Origin: Lobosporangium transversale
Taxonomy: Eukaryota
Reading direction: 5' to 3'
NCBI RefSeq assembly: GCF_002105155.1
Contig: NW_019029005.1
Span: 310,001 to 374,000 of the forward strand
DNA: 64,000 nucleotides
The notes under the pieces were generated by a model. The model made no database searches and was not told the DNA's origin. It saw nothing but the letters and a program-made list of their open reading frames with translations. Each line of letters starts with the position of its first letter. Position 1 is the first letter of the stretch. A program made the translations under genes and the position numbers. Of the stretch, positions 1-13,524 are shown in pieces.

Positions 1-2453
1 CTGAGTCTGATCGCGAACTCCAAAAAGAATACTTGCGAGAAAATTTTGAAAAAAGAGAGCGTTTGAGAGAAAAAGAGCGCGAAGCTAACGAGAGGCATAG
101 GCTGTGGAAAGATCCTCAAGGAAGGAAAATGTTACAATTTCGCGACCGTTTGGAAAGAGGGAAGAGGGAGCAATGGTTGCTAAGAAAAATAGAGCAAGAG
201 AGGAAAAAAGAAGAGGCGGAGAGAAGGAGAGTGTGGCGACGTGAACAGTGGGTGCAAGCCAAGCAAGAAGCCGCACACTCGAAGGCTATCGAAAGAGCTC
301 GCCGTCAAGAACGCCTACGGTTACAGGCTAGGTTTCAAAGGCTCGATGAACAAGGAAGAAGAGAACAGCGACGACGAGCGGCTTTCAACCGAGCAAGACG
401 TAGAGCACAAGAGCGAAACAAGATACGTGGACGCCATGAACTCGATGAACAAGCTCTCGATAGGAGGCTCAGGACGAAAGCGCAAGAAGAGATGGACTCC
501 TCAAGAACAAGGAATAATAAAATCCCAGAGGGTCATCATCGGTGGTTTGGCTCCTCTGAGTGCCTAGGTGTAGAGATCCCACAGGTTGACATGGACAATA
601 TACTGCGTCAAAGAGAGAAACTATCAACGATGAGTCAGCTAACACTTTACTCCGATGGGTCCCTTGAAGAGGCAGGAAGAAGGGCGGCGCGGATGGCTTT
701 CGGGTGGTGGCTCAGATAGGCCCAGAAAGCTTCTCAAATGTAGTTTCAGGTAGAGTCGATGGGTATGCTTCATCCACCAAGGCAGAGCTAGTAGGACTGT
801 ACGCAGCCATTCTAGTCAGTCCCCGTAACGTTCCAACGACTGTCTACATAGACAACATGGCGGTAGTGGTTCAGTTCAAGGACCTTGCTCAAAAGCGAGA
901 AGCAAGCACTGAACGGCAGCGATTGCGATCCAAGTACGCAGTGTGGTGGGCAGCCATTTCGAGAGCGCTCTTTAAGCAGGGCGGGAAGGTAACTGTGAAA
1001 TGGGTCAAGGGCCATGCTGGGAATAGAGGCAATATAAGGGCAGACCAAGCCGCCAAAGATGCTCATTTTAGCGAAATGTGGACAATCAAAGACTGGAACA
1101 CAACGATCTGCGCTGTCACGCTATTTTCGAGAACGAGGTGGTGGAGGATGATCTTAGACACCTGCTAAAACTCCAATCAGCAGTGAGAACACATTACTTG
1201 TGGGCGTCTCAGAACAGAGTCAGGAATTATATTGCAGACTGGCGAGAAGTAGAATGGAAAGCAAGCCTGCATATTCTTCACGATGGCAACACGCCTAGAG
1301 GCCTCTTCACCAGCCCAGCAGATTGTCACAAGAGAGCGCACAGAATAAAAAGGTCCATGGTATGCTTCCTACACTCACTTATATGAGGCAGTGGCGACCG
1401 GACCTGTATGAGACTGACATCTGCAGGATGTGTGAACAGGAGCAGGAGGACATAGAACACCTCTGGCGATGTCCCATGACACTGGACGAGCAATTGAAAG
1501 GTTGGAAGCAGGCCATAGAACTCATCACGAAGGATGGCAAAAGAGCATTAGTGAAGGAGAAGAAGCTCTGGGAAGACAAACAAGGGAAAACACAGGAGCC
1601 AAACCTGAATAAAGGAGGCCCTCGTTTACACCTGTAGCCGACAACGTGATTTGGGGCTCTTTGGAAGCGATGTTCAAGGGCGTCAGAGAGATTCGACATG
1701 CGAGCACTCTGTTTGGTGAGGAAGATGTGGATATGGGACGGAGGAACGAGGGTGAGATGCCCACTGGACTGTCCAAGACTTGTACCACGGTTTGGTGCCG
1801 AAGGAACTGATACAAAAATGGAAGACGATCTTCAGAACCACAGCATCGATCTCAAGGTACATTGTTTGCCGCTTTGTCAAGTCAATCGAGGAACTCGGCA
1901 GGACTGAAATCTGGAACAGACGCTGCAAAGTCACCGTCAACTGGGAAAGAGACAATGGTATCACCTCTGTGAGCAAACGCGCCAGGGGACGCAACTGTGT
2001 TGGGAGGCACAGACGTAGCAGAGGTGAATTCTTTGGCTCTCACCAGGGACAACGACGAACAGCAGATGTGAAGGCGATCAGGACTGAGGCAGACCGGCGA
2101 GTGGCGGCAAGCTACCGGCAGCAGGTGGAATTGGCGATTATGGAGCGCCTGGAAAGCTGTAAATTTTTGATGATTGAGGACAGCGGCTAAAGGATGACCT
2201 TCGCGCACAACAGGCCAAGTAGGGAGTAGAGCCGTGCCACAGGTCCTCTGGGACCAAGGAAGTCTACTCAATGCTGACGTGGTTTATGAACAGGATGTAG
2301 TACTGTGGCAGTATGACGATGCGGCTTCGGTCGATTATTGGATACCGCTTTATTTGCGACCCCAGTAATGGGGCAACCCATTTATAGAGCTAACATCTAA
2401 ATAAATCCTACATGACCTCGTGGGTCCTTGTTATCAAAAAAAAAAAAAAAAAA
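1..2453 (+). mobile_element. 3' part of a non-LTR (LINE-like) retrotransposon: charged region, RNase H, C-terminal Cys/His zinc knuckle, 3' UTR and poly(A)
   Basis: RNase H motifs LYSDGS, STKAELVGL, VYIDN, KWVKGHAGNRGNIRADQAAK; CRMCEQEQEDIEHLWRC zinc motif; EIWNRRC; stop at 2190; A-tract 2436-2453; several frameshifts. Confidence 0.9.
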
Positions 2454-2681
2454 GCCTTCCACACTCAGTGGATGATCGAGTCCGGGACAGCTACCTTGGG
2501 AAAACTAAACTGGACGTGGTAGAGCGGCTAGGTGGAATGGAGCTTTTGATGACTATGGATAGCGGATAATTTGTCGTGTTGCGCAACAGGCCACACCGGA
2601 AAGGTGGACTTTGAGTACCAACCACGGCGGTCAGGGTTCCATGACCCGAGGTCCTTATCAAAAAAAAAAAAAAAAAAAAAA
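2454..2681 (+). mobile_element. Short 3'-end fragment of a related LINE with poly(A)
   Basis: Ends in catgacccgaggtccttatc followed by A22, like the tail of the first copy; shares gcaacaggcca-like sequence. Confidence 0.65.
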
Positions 2682-2787
2682 GTGAGACCTTCCGCGCTCA
2701 GCGCCAGCAAATCATATAGGAGCAGTTATTGAACATTTTTGTACAACAACGGAGACGCCAGCCGGCCGCTATCAGCCGAGGGCTCGG

Positions 2788-3112
2788 CAGGACTGAAATC
2801 TGAAACAGGCGCTGCAAAGTCACTGTCAACTGCAGGAGACAATGGCACCACCTCTGTAAGCAAACGCGCCAGGGGACGCAACTGTGTTGGGAGGCACAGA
2901 CGTAGTAGAGGTGAATCCTTTGGCTCTCACCAAGAACATCGACGAGCAGCAGACGTGAACGGGATCAGGGCTGAGGCAGATCGACGGGTGACGGCAAGCT
3001 ACCGACAGTAGGTGGAGTTGGCGGTAAATTTTTGATGATTGAGGCCTACGGCTAAGGATGACCCTCGCAAATAAATCCTACATGACCTCGTGGTCCTCGT
3101 TATAAAAAAAAA
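2788..3112 (+). mobile_element. 5'-truncated, internally deleted copy of the same LINE 3' end
   Basis: Near-identical to ~1897-2205 (SVSKRARGRNCVGRHRRSRGE), then joins aaataaatcctacatgacctcgtggtcc and a short A-tract matching ~2400-2440. Confidence 0.85.
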
Positions 3113-3199
3113 GTACTAATTCTATGACCATTGACCTTGTCTGCATGTCGATCTCTGAGGTCGCGAGCGAGGGGACAAAGATACGCGAGTGACTTGTTG

Positions 3200-3950
3200 A
3201 CAATACAACCCCACGTGTCCTCTCTTCAGGCGGGTCCATGATAAAGGTTGGTTCTACCGATGTCACTATAGCTTTCGGTGTCGTTGACAGACCTCAAGCG
3301 GCGGCTACCACAGTACAAGGTCGGATTGATGGGTTTGCTTCATCTGCCAAAGCGGAGCACATAGGCCTGCTTACTGCTATCCTCTCTACCCCTCTAGTAA
3401 AGATATTTGTGTGGAGCTCGACAACCAGGTAGTTGTGATCCAATATCAACAGCCTGTCAAATCTCGGCACCATATATTGCCTAGGAAACGTCCTCAATGT
3501 AACTATGCTGGGCTTTGGGCAGTAGTCTACTAACCCGTCAACGACAGACCAGGGTCAGTTGAGATAAAATGGTCCGTGCTCATAGCAACAGCGCTGGCAA
3601 TGTGTTTGCTGATATGGTGGCTACTAGAACAGCTAGAATGGCTTCTGCACCTTGGAAAGCCGATCTCAGTGCTCAATCTGATATCCAACACTTTGCATAC
3701 TTTCATGGCCAATTGATTGAACAGGGCTTCGTCAACTTCTCAAGCAACAAACCATCATCCGATGGCAAACAAGCATGGACAGCCCAACGATGCACAAAGA
3801 GAGCGATCTGTAACCTTGACGATATGGAGTAGCGATCAACGCTGGGTCGATAAACACCCTGTGCACTCTTTCCGCAGCAATGCCAAGGATCATATCAAGA
3901 AGCCTCAATGCCTTGAAAACCGCAAGACTGGACTCTATAAATGAGTTATT
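3200..3950 (+). pseudogene. Degenerate RNase H fragment of a second non-LTR retrotransposon subfamily
   Basis: GRIDGFASSAKAEHIGL and (K)WVRAHSNSAGNVFAD across broken frames, paralleling the RNase H at 650-1070. Confidence 0.75.
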
Positions 3951-4213
3951 GCGGTCTTGATCGCACTCAATTCTCAAACTACACCAGCATGAGTGGTAAA
4001 CTGAATTTTGTTTATAGGAGTTCCGTAGCCATACTACTTTCCGTCCGAGCATAACCCTGCTTGATGATGCGGAAAAGTGAGCCTCAAAAGTCAAAATATA
4101 GGATGAAGTCCAAAGGAGGAGATCTTCTTATTTATCCAAATCAACTAAAAGCTAGTATACATGTAGTTAAAGGGTTCCAAGGTACCAAATGTGAGCAAAT
4201 GCCATAAATTTTA

Positions 4214-7200
4214 TTATAGTATGCTTGCCGGTCTTGGGAGGCTATGTTTCTCCATGGCAGTACGCAACGCCTTTATCCAGAGCTGCGTCAAATTTTCATC
4301 CCAATTAGCAGATTGCTTCACCCCACTCATCTTGGAGGATAGTTCAGTTGAAGGCAATGATTCAATTAATCCATATGTCTGAGCAGCCTCATACAACACT
4401 TGTACCATGTCATATGATGATTCTATTCCGTATGCACGGCCATCTTCATGAACAGCCCAAATGCAGCTGATAACTCTCCTGACTTGGCGTAAAAGCGTAT
4501 AGCATCCGCAGCTAAATGCTGAGTCAAATGGAACCCGGAAAGGATCAAATCTGTCGACATATCCCGTCCATAAGCAATCTGATCTTCCACATGCAGCTGT
4601 GTCATTAGTTGTTGGTATAAGTCGGTCAAAGTAGGTACATTTGATGGAGAGCTTGGAATGATCGCCGTGGGAGAAGCGAGCGTTACAGCGGCCTTGCGAA
4701 TTAAGGATGTTACGGCATGGTCTGGCGATCCCTGACCATCGCCCTTCGGAAAGTCCTATTTCTAACATTTTCAGACTGTCGTAATAGTCGATAAAATTCA
4801 TAGCCAACAGCTCCCTTCCTCGTTTACAGCTTTTGCCCAACAATTCTCGGTACATGCTCGATGCCACGCGACTAGGATATCCAGCATCTAATGCTTCCTT
4901 TAGTAGTTTTAGTGTTGATTCGACACCATATCGATCTGCAAATGAATTCATAAGAAGTTGAAAAGTCTCTGGATGACGAGATGCGTGAAGGGATCCATCA
5001 GACCTATCCTCTGTATCACCCAAGACGAGTGGCAAAGTTCTTGGTACAACTCACGAGCAAACAGTCGATCTCGGGCCCTTAATGCGCCACCAAGGAGGAT
5101 GTTCCAAGTTTGAGCATTTGGACGTATTTTCTGTGATGACATGATCTCTAAGATGCCAACAACTGTTGCTGGTATTGAGTGTCGAACAGCCCCTTCGAGT
5201 AGAGCATTGATGTGCTTGATCTCGTTTGCTATTCCAGAACGATCCATCTCCTCAAATACTTTGATAGCCTCTGACAGGTTCTCTGAACGAACATAGGTCA
5301 GCATCAGTTGTAGGTACATTTCGCCATCTCGCTTCACGCCCAGTCCTTCGAGTATTGATAGTATTCTTCGTGTCATGGGGGGCTGTCCGTATGCTGCCGT
5401 CAACTTCAAGACATTGCGGTACATGTGGACATCAGGCTTGACGCCATGGTTCTCAGCCAAATTACGAAACAGCTCTACTGACTCGTCCAACATGTCACTC
5501 TTAACCAAGCCACGTAACAAACGGTTCAAGGCACTGATAGATGGTACATGATTGTCTCGCAAAGATTTGTCCAATACCTCAAGGGCGGCTCCGAATCGAT
5601 GATTCATCGTTAGATCAATTATGACCTTTTCCGACACGTCTGCTGCCAATGGGAGTTCCTGATCGGTCAGCTCCTGGATCATATCCTGAACGCGATCAAA
5701 ATCATGGTCATTACTCGCTTGCCTCAGAATCTCCTGAAGCCCAAGTTCTGTCATTATTCTCCTTGATTCAATCGGGCTTTTCGCGCTATTCTGATCGTTT
5801 AGGCTCTGTAAAACGCGTTCAATCTCGATATTATGTGTTTTTGGTGAGCCAAGTTGGGTCCATTTATTCATTTCAACTAAACGCCTCATAAACCCCATAG
5901 CTTTCTGTGAATTTTTGTTAGCTGCAATGGATCGAATTAAATACTGAAATTGGATCTCATCAAGAGCATGTCCTTTCTCAAATAGATCGAGCGCCAATTC
6001 CATGGCCAGTGGGAACCCATGCTCATCCCGCCCCAGGCATATGACTTCAATTAATATAGGATTGATGACAGCCTTCCATCCCTCGATTGAACTAGGAGTC
6101 CGAGCAGCAATCGACTTCCCTTGCGATGTGGCAAGGCTTTGTATGGCTTGTTTTCGTCGTCTCAGGAACTCTATCCTTCCATCAGCCGCCTCCATATCCG
6201 TGGTGTTTCCTCCAGTACTCCCGCTTGTCACAACAAGCGGTGTTACATCTAGAAGATCGATACCACTTTGCTGCTGTTGAATGGAGATATATCGATCTAT
6301 AACCGAGCCAAGTAACTTTACTGTCTTCGTAATCTCATCAGTATGGATATAGCTTTGAATGGCATATGCAATCGTAGCGATCGAAGGTAGAGGCAAGCTC
6401 TTTTTTTCAGACTCCATCTGCTTCCAAGCCTTTATCCCTGCATGCCAGTCCCTTTCCTGAAATGCTGTGGCAAGCCAGAGACGATAGAGATCTGCATTGC
6501 GAAGGACTTTATGGGCTTTCATGTACTCAATCGTATTTTCCACAAGCTCTGATGGTGATTGAATAATAGGCAAATCCAGCCCATTTGTTTGTTTTGTATC
6601 CTCTGATCGCATATTTGACTCTGAGTGATCCAGGATGGACTGCTTCCCATTAACAAGTGTGTGTAATCGAGCCTCGGTGAGTAAGATGTATGATTGAGCA
6701 CTGCATTTACGTGCTAACTTTGGATTACCAAGGATGGTAGATGAACTAAGCTTAGCATATGATAGTCCTTATGGTGTGAGAGCCAGAAAATATAGGCGTC
6801 CCAATCAGCCGGTGTAAGTAAGTTAATGTGTCTCGATGTGAAAAGGATATTATAGAGTTGCTGAAGCGCTGGCAGTGGTGGGACTATGGATGATGGTATA
6901 CGGTGCTTTTCCATTAATGCTCTGTGATATGTCGTTACGTCCCAAGTGGGACGAGTGAGTATAAAATCGATCTGGATATATTAATAATCTCAAGTTATCG
7001 AGAGCCACGACCGCCTTCTTGATATGTATTGCAGCTGAGGAATGGCGAGGTTGTCTTATTGACGTATTCTTTTTTTTTGAAGACTTCACAGAATTTACGA
7101 CAATGTTGGGGGTATTATGAGTGTTTGATGGCGTACTGTTTGAAAAGAAGTCAGCTAGTCTGGAGCCACGAGTCCTTCGTGAGCGCTGCGGACTGCTATT

Positions 7201-7642
7201 GTCAGTGGAAGGCCGAGTCGCGGCACTAGCTTGAAGGTTTTGCGCATTAGATGCGCTTGAGGTGTGAGACTGGCGATATTGTCGGTATCCAAAGCGATTT
7301 GTAGTCGAGTTCAATATCTTACACTTTGGCGCAAGTACGTTCAAAGATTCAAAGAAATAACTTGTAGTGCAAATGCACTGGCTTAAAGACCGGGCACGTA
7401 GTGGGGTTACGCGTTTGTTGGGAACAGCATTGATTTTTTGCAAACGGTGTCGCCTCGAAAGATTGATCATATGAAAGCTTTGAAGTTGATATTTCTGAAG
7501 ACAATCTATGTGTCTTCATGCGCAAATGTTGTCGCGGAGTACTGAATGGCAAGTTAGCTGGCGATGTTCCATGTATTGAATGAGACTTGGGAAGGGAGCT
7601 GATAACTACAGTTGGCCATTGAATAGCTCTAGATTTCGACAT
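4214..7642 (-). CDS. Mitochondrial pentatricopeptide-repeat (PPR) protein (frameshifted in assembly)
   Basis: Tandem PPR units, e.g. GVKPDVHMYRNVL, MYLQLMLTYVRSENLSEAIKVFEEMDRSGI, RPNAQTWNILL; basic Ser-rich N-terminus; ORFs 7642/7470/6914/6612/5035 join across shifts. Confidence 0.8.
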
Positions 7643-8010
7643 GTTGTATCTAGGTTTATGCTAAAAGAGTTGTTCATAAGTGAGTGGATATCCTATGCTC
7701 TTTTGGAATAGTGAAAAAACAATTTCGCACCTGGTCTCGACAATACCTTCAGACGCAGCAGTTAGAGGCCATTTGTCATAAAACTTGTAGTGAATGGCGT
7801 AGAGACGTGCTGGGTAATGGAGGTGGTTGAAGGCAGGCACTTTTCGCCCTGCAAGTGTTGAGTAAACACCAAGCCCCGCCGGATCTATTCCTGTTCCCAA
7901 AATGGTAATGTTATATAAAAACAGGACATTGAAGTAGGACATTGAAATAATTTTCATTAGTTGCAGCATTACAACAAACCAACCAGCCATCCCCATTCCA
8001 ACTATTCAAA

Positions 8011-8961
8011 ATGGCACAAGCGCCCACGGAAGTGCCTGTAGAACAGACGCCGAAATCATTTGAGTCCTCAACCTGGGCAACTGCGAGCGGAAGTGCCTCA
8101 GAGAAGGAAAGGAAGGAAAACAAGTCATTTGAACGCTGGAGAAAGACTCTCTCACTTATTACTGGTATTGGTCTAACCCCTGAAGAATTCCAAGCTGAGG
8201 TTGATAAAGCAGATCGAAAGCAATGTGAGCTTCACAAAGAGCGTCTTATTAAGAGCAGTAGGTTACAGTTTCCCCCTCAGTTTGTAAACTTGATAAAAGC
8301 GTCACAGAAAAGGTGCATGAACTCAAAAGTGTCCTTGATATTAATTATCTTAGGTCCGGGCGTACGGTTCATGATGAGCAATTTGGCAAAGGCTGGCTGC
8401 CCACTGACCAGAGAGATGCTCGAATGTGTTCCTTGCGACAAGATAAATCTGGTGGATTCTCCAAAGATCATGGTATCATGCTTTGTCAAAATGGATTTTT
8501 CAGTAAAAAACACCAGGAGCACACAATGATTCATGAGATGATACATATGTATGACCATTGTGTCTTTAATGTCGAGTGGGACAACCTTCGTCATCATGCG
8601 TGCAGTGAGGTACCTTTTTTTTTTTTTTACACCTGTGTAGACGGTATTTTCTTAGTGTACGACACAATTTTTGTTCGTCTTTTTTCTACTACTAATTTTA
8701 TTTTAATGTTATCATCATCATTGTTCATATGTCGAGCTAGATTCGTGCAGCTGCACTAAGTGGAGATTGTAACTGGTTGCGTGAGGTGAGACGTGGAAAT
8801 TATACGTTTACAAAGCAACATCAAGAGTGTGTAAAGCGACGCGCTATTCTTTCGGTCGAGGCCAATCCTGAATGTCCATCTCGCACTGCAGCAGAAAGAG
8901 CTGTTAACGGGTTTTTGAGTCTTGTTACAATGATACACGGCCTTTTGATGAATTTTACTGA
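8011..8961 (+). CDS. ATP23: Mitochondrial inner membrane protease ATP23 (peptidase M76), 2 introns
   Basis: HEMIHMYDHC HEXXH motif, NLRHHACSE, HQECVKRRAILSV, ends DTRPFDEFY*. Confidence 0.93.
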
Positions 8962-9022
8962 AAAAAAATCCTCCTTTTTCAATCAGAAAAAACTAAAATA
9001 AAAAAAAACATAGAGTACTAGT

Positions 9023-9982
9023 CTATAACAAACTCTTCTCGTTTGCATGGTTATGAACCCAATGTGTAATCGTTTCAGCCACAGACACAAGTTGTCGCAC
9101 CTGCTCCATTGGGACACCCCATTTCTTGCGCCATAGATGTGGCTCTTCAATTGAGGAGGGACATTAAGCGGTACTAGTACCGCTACCAGACATAGCTCCG
9201 TCTCAGGGATAGATATTATTGAGGTGTCACTCAACACTCTTCCATATGTGTCAACGAGAATGCTTTGCACCAAATCTTGACTGCTGTTTCCAATTTTCTA
9301 AGGATCGGCTCGGCTTTTTTTTTTTTTTTTTTTTTTTTTTTGTTAAAAGGAAATTATAGGTTAATAAAGCATATGATCTTTAGTCACCAATAATAATGGG
9401 ATGGTTTTCGGACTTACTGTGATGCTGATAAATAGCCTGAAAGAGATCCCGGCCACGCCTATAGTATTCTTCAGGAGTCGTAGCATTTTTCGGTCCACGC
9501 ACAGGCCCATGGTTGTTCACAGCTGTTACTAGATCCGGATCAAGCGCGAAATTCACAGCGCCAAGAGCATTGATGCCATAGGGACCGCCGCACAAGGCCG
9601 ATCCTTTATAAAGCGCTTCCCGAAGCCTACGAATGAAATGTACTTGATTTGGCAAGATATCTGAAGAGGAAACGACAGGAGTCAGTGAAATCGATAGTGA
9701 CCCTTCGGCAATATCTGTTAAAGCCTGTTGGACCAGCGGGATGAGTAGCTTGGGGAAATTGGCTCCTGCCAGCGTGCATGCCTATTCAGAAAGTGAGGAT
9801 TTATGAGAGTTGAGCATATTACGTTTTTTAAAAAAAAGATAAAAAAATAAAAAAAAAAATAAATAAAAGCCTACGATTAGAATCGGTCGCAGTTCTGCAG
9901 GCGATAGCGAAAGTGCATTTCTCCATGAAGTAATGAGCGCTGTCGCCTCAGTGAGCAGGGATGTATTGTCAGCAGATGACAT
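9023..9982 (-). CDS. AhpD/carboxymuconolactone-decarboxylase-like protein
   Basis: RRLREALYKGSALCGGPYGINAL, RGRDLFQAIY, YGRVLS, ETELCLVAVL...PPQLKSHIYGA; 2 introns. Confidence 0.7.
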
Positions 9983-10102
9983 GAGTTTTTACAGATCAAG
10001 AGTTAATGAGAAGTGTACTTTTTTAGGTTCATTACGTTTTCAAAAATATTCTTTATATGAATGTGGGTATCGATGTTTACAGAGCTATTATAAATGCAAC
10101 CA

Positions 10103-12531
10103 TTAAAGCTTGACATGGGCGACTACAAGCTATTGAAAATTAAATATAACGTTCATGCTAGGAATTAGTAAGGCCATCAGAGTCATAGTCTACCACAAGC
10201 ACTATAAGCATGTTCTTCCTTACAGTGCCGTTGGCCACACATGCCGCAAGTTTGTCTCCTGTGCTATTCCAGTCCACTTCAAAAATCCCGCCTTCTCCTT
10301 GATATGTCTTGACAAGTGCTCCATCCTACTCAAAAAAAAAAAAAAAAAAAAAAAAAAGAATAGCAAAGTATTTTTTTGGGTTAATAACATGCCTTAAAGT
10401 AAAATATCGAAGGAGTGGCATGAAATCTTAAATGATTAACAGACCTGCACTCTCCATATATTGATTGTCGTGTCTGGAGACCCAGTGGCAAGATGTGTAC
10501 CAGTTGGATTGAAAGCAACAGAGTATACTGCTTCGGTATGTCTTGAGAGGACACGAAGGTTATCGCCATTTCTAGCATCCCATAGTCTCACTGTCATGTC
10601 GAACGAGGCTGTCGCCAGAATCCTTGGCTCCTTTGATGATGCTTCATGAGGTGCCCACGTCATATCATAGACAGCTTCAGTATGATTCGTAAGATCAAAT
10701 AGACATTCGTCCCGCGACATAGTCCAAATCTACATGAAAATGATCGAGTTAGAGGGTGATGGAGGAAAAAAAAGAAAAAGGAAAAAAAGTATATCGACAT
10801 CAGACTTTTTGAATACAAAAACCAACACTACCTTTGCTGTTTTATCATCTGAACACGACGCAAGAAGTTCTCCTAAAGGGTCCCAGCGAACAGCGTTTAC
10901 TTCGTCCTTATGTCCATCAAACACCTTGACGGGCTCAGAGCTATCTACTTTGCATACATACACTTTCCCATCAGACGATGATGTCGCGAATGTGGTGTTG
11001 TCAAGCCAATCTACATCTAGTACTGCGCCAGTATGAAACTCATGTTGCTGTCTAGCGTCCCCTGTTGTAGCGTCCCCACAATCGTAGTGTGATCTAAACT
11101 TCCTGTGAGGATATAGTTGCCTTTTTTATTCCATTTTAGAGCAAAGATCGGTCCACGATGTTGGCTCATCAAATATCTCAGTTGTCCGCGCTGCGTCCAG
11201 ATTCGAGCCTGTCCATCATAAAATCCTGTAGCAAGAAGTGTTCCTGAAGCCTATCCAGAAAAATAAATAAATAAATAAATAGGTATATTAGAATAAAATA
11301 ATAATCTCATGCGTCTGTAAACTCTTCTTAATGATTCTAGATGAAAATGATAGGTTTTCGAGCCTTGCGACTTGCGTGCACATTAGTCTTACATTCCAAT
11401 CCATTGTCGTGACATCTCTATTGCTGTCTGTTAATGCTGGCAGATGCTTTAGCACAATTGGTTCCAGCAGGGCGTCATCGGTGCTACTGGGTATTTGCCA
11501 TATACGAGCCGTTGCATCCCTGACCTAGTAATTGTATTAAAGAATGATTGGAATATTAGATAAAGATATGATCAAGATGACTGCGCAATTTTCGCATTCT
11601 GTAAATCAGACACATACCCGGATGCCAGCAATAAGGGTGAGGTAGGACTCCATGAGCATACAAATACATCCGCAGTGTGGCCTTTCAAAGTAATAGCATC
11701 GCTTGCTGGTATGATCTTCACCTCCGCCGCATCCATTATTTCCACAGCTAGTTTATCCCATAAATCACACATGCACGCGTAAAAAAAAAGAAGAGTAAGG
11801 TGTCCATTCTAATATACATTTAGCATGAGAGAATACTCGACATTGGACATACGCGTGCCAACAGGAAACATCCTCAACTTGGTCAGTATCTACAATGGGG
11901 TCGTCATCCTTATCATCTTCATCAAGTTCTGTTCTCAGGCGCTTGTCTCGACCTTGTTGCTGCTCTCGAGGCCGTTTACTCTCTTTTCGATCTCGTTTAT
12001 TACCCTTCCCAACTAAATCATCACGCCTTGATTTTTGCCTTGCTTATCACAGCGATGAGGTCCAATAAGTGCCACTGGTCCCGTACATTCCCGTTCAGTT
12101 CCATCCTGGTTTTGATAAGTCGTAAATGATAGTGATGGAAAATTCATGGCAAGGTCTTGTTAAAATAATGTGTATCGAGAAGTAAAATAAAAATTACACT
12201 ACAAATTAGATCCAGGGCACGACATTGAGAGATTCAGGTCTACTTACCTCATTAACATTGAAGCTCTAAATCCATATACAGTAAGCCTTTTTGAATCACA
12301 CTCACGAGAGCACCTGGTTGAACATTTGCATTCCGATATTCAGACTTGTGGATATGTGACTCATTCTGAAAGGAAAATCCTGTATGAACAAATCCTGAAA
12401 TAGACGAGTGGTATGTGTTATTTTATAAAATCACGTTGGTGATACTAGTGATGCCCTCAAAGCGGAGCCTTACCTGACTCTTGAAGGTACCGAAAAATTA
12501 GATAGTTGATTTCCTCACTGGTGACGCTCAT
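10103..12531 (-). CDS. SIF2: LisH + WD40 protein, TBL1/Sif2 family
   Basis: [20 protein letters not shown]isH start; WD repeats [49 protein letters not shown]; multiple GT-AG introns. Confidence 0.9.
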
Positions 12532-12728
12532 CCTGTATTTTTTTTTGCAATAATACAAATACGATGACTTTAGTTGTTGAAGACTGCGTGATGCGAGACG
12601 GGTTAGATGAATAAGTACCTTTAGTAAAAGGGATTTTGCAAGCCTAAAAGATTTTTTATGTTAGTTTGCGATCAGGAAGGCTATGCTTTTCCAGGAGATA
12701 ACTTGCTTCCGTTGTAGTAGCCAATTAC

Positions 12729-12736
12729 CACGTGAC
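12729..12736. promoter_or_regulatory. CACGTGAC E-box (Cbf1/CDEI-type) in the divergent SIF2/RSM27 promoter
   Basis: Exact RTCACGTG match on the minus strand; TCACGTG also occurs upstream of the enoyl-CoA hydratase (59010) and SPO7 (60596). Confidence 0.4.
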
Positions 12737-12811
12737 TAATGGCTTTTGAACAGAAATTATACACAAAACGATCGGATCCATTCTAAACTCTTCATATTTA
12801 AACCATTCATC

Positions 12812-13230
12812 ATGTCCTGACGACCCAGGCGACAAACAAACTCGCATTGCTGAACAAGATTTCATGTGCAATTTTCGGGAATGTGTATAACCCGCAGAAC
12901 ATCCAACGGGTAATAAGATCCTTCGTCAGCGACTCATCGGACCTACTATCAATTCATACTATCCAAACGTGAAGCAGATCAAGTTGCGCGAGATCACGAG
13001 GATGGTCCAGAGATGAATCTTATTGACCAAACAGAGAAGACACGCCTCGAAGATCTTGCAGAGCGCAAGAAGCGTGGTAAAGGACCTCCAAAGAAGGTAA
13101 CTGTTTAACTTTGAATATATTTTTTTGTTTTTTTGTTTTTATTTTTTTAATTTCAATATGGATTGTATGCTAAAACAAATGTTACTGTTCACCAGGTCAA
13201 GGTCGTCGCTCCACTCTCAAGAAAAAATAA
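12812..13230 (+). CDS. RSM27: Mitochondrial small ribosomal subunit protein mS33
   Basis: Manual translation: ISCAIFGNVYNP..TGNKILRQRLIGPTINSYYP...ERKKRGKGPPKKG/QGRRSTLKKK*; one intron; frameshifts. Confidence 0.85.
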
Positions 13231-13524
13231 TTTGAGCGATAGTTGCATAAACAAACACATTATATCAACATTGTTAAATCAGCACTTCCGAGAACTATGC
13301 CCATGTAAATTATTAAAAATCATCTCTTCCAATTCTGTTCCATATTTAATAACTGTATTTAATTTCCATAATGCTTTAGAATGAATCATTGAGAATTATG
13401 GCATTGTGGGCTGTTTTTTTCTTTTCTTTTCCTTTTTCTTGCTGCTGCACCGATATTTCCTACCCTTCTCTAGTCAATTTCCTGATGATTGGCTATTTCA
13501 GTTAAGACCATTTTTGGGCGCGCT

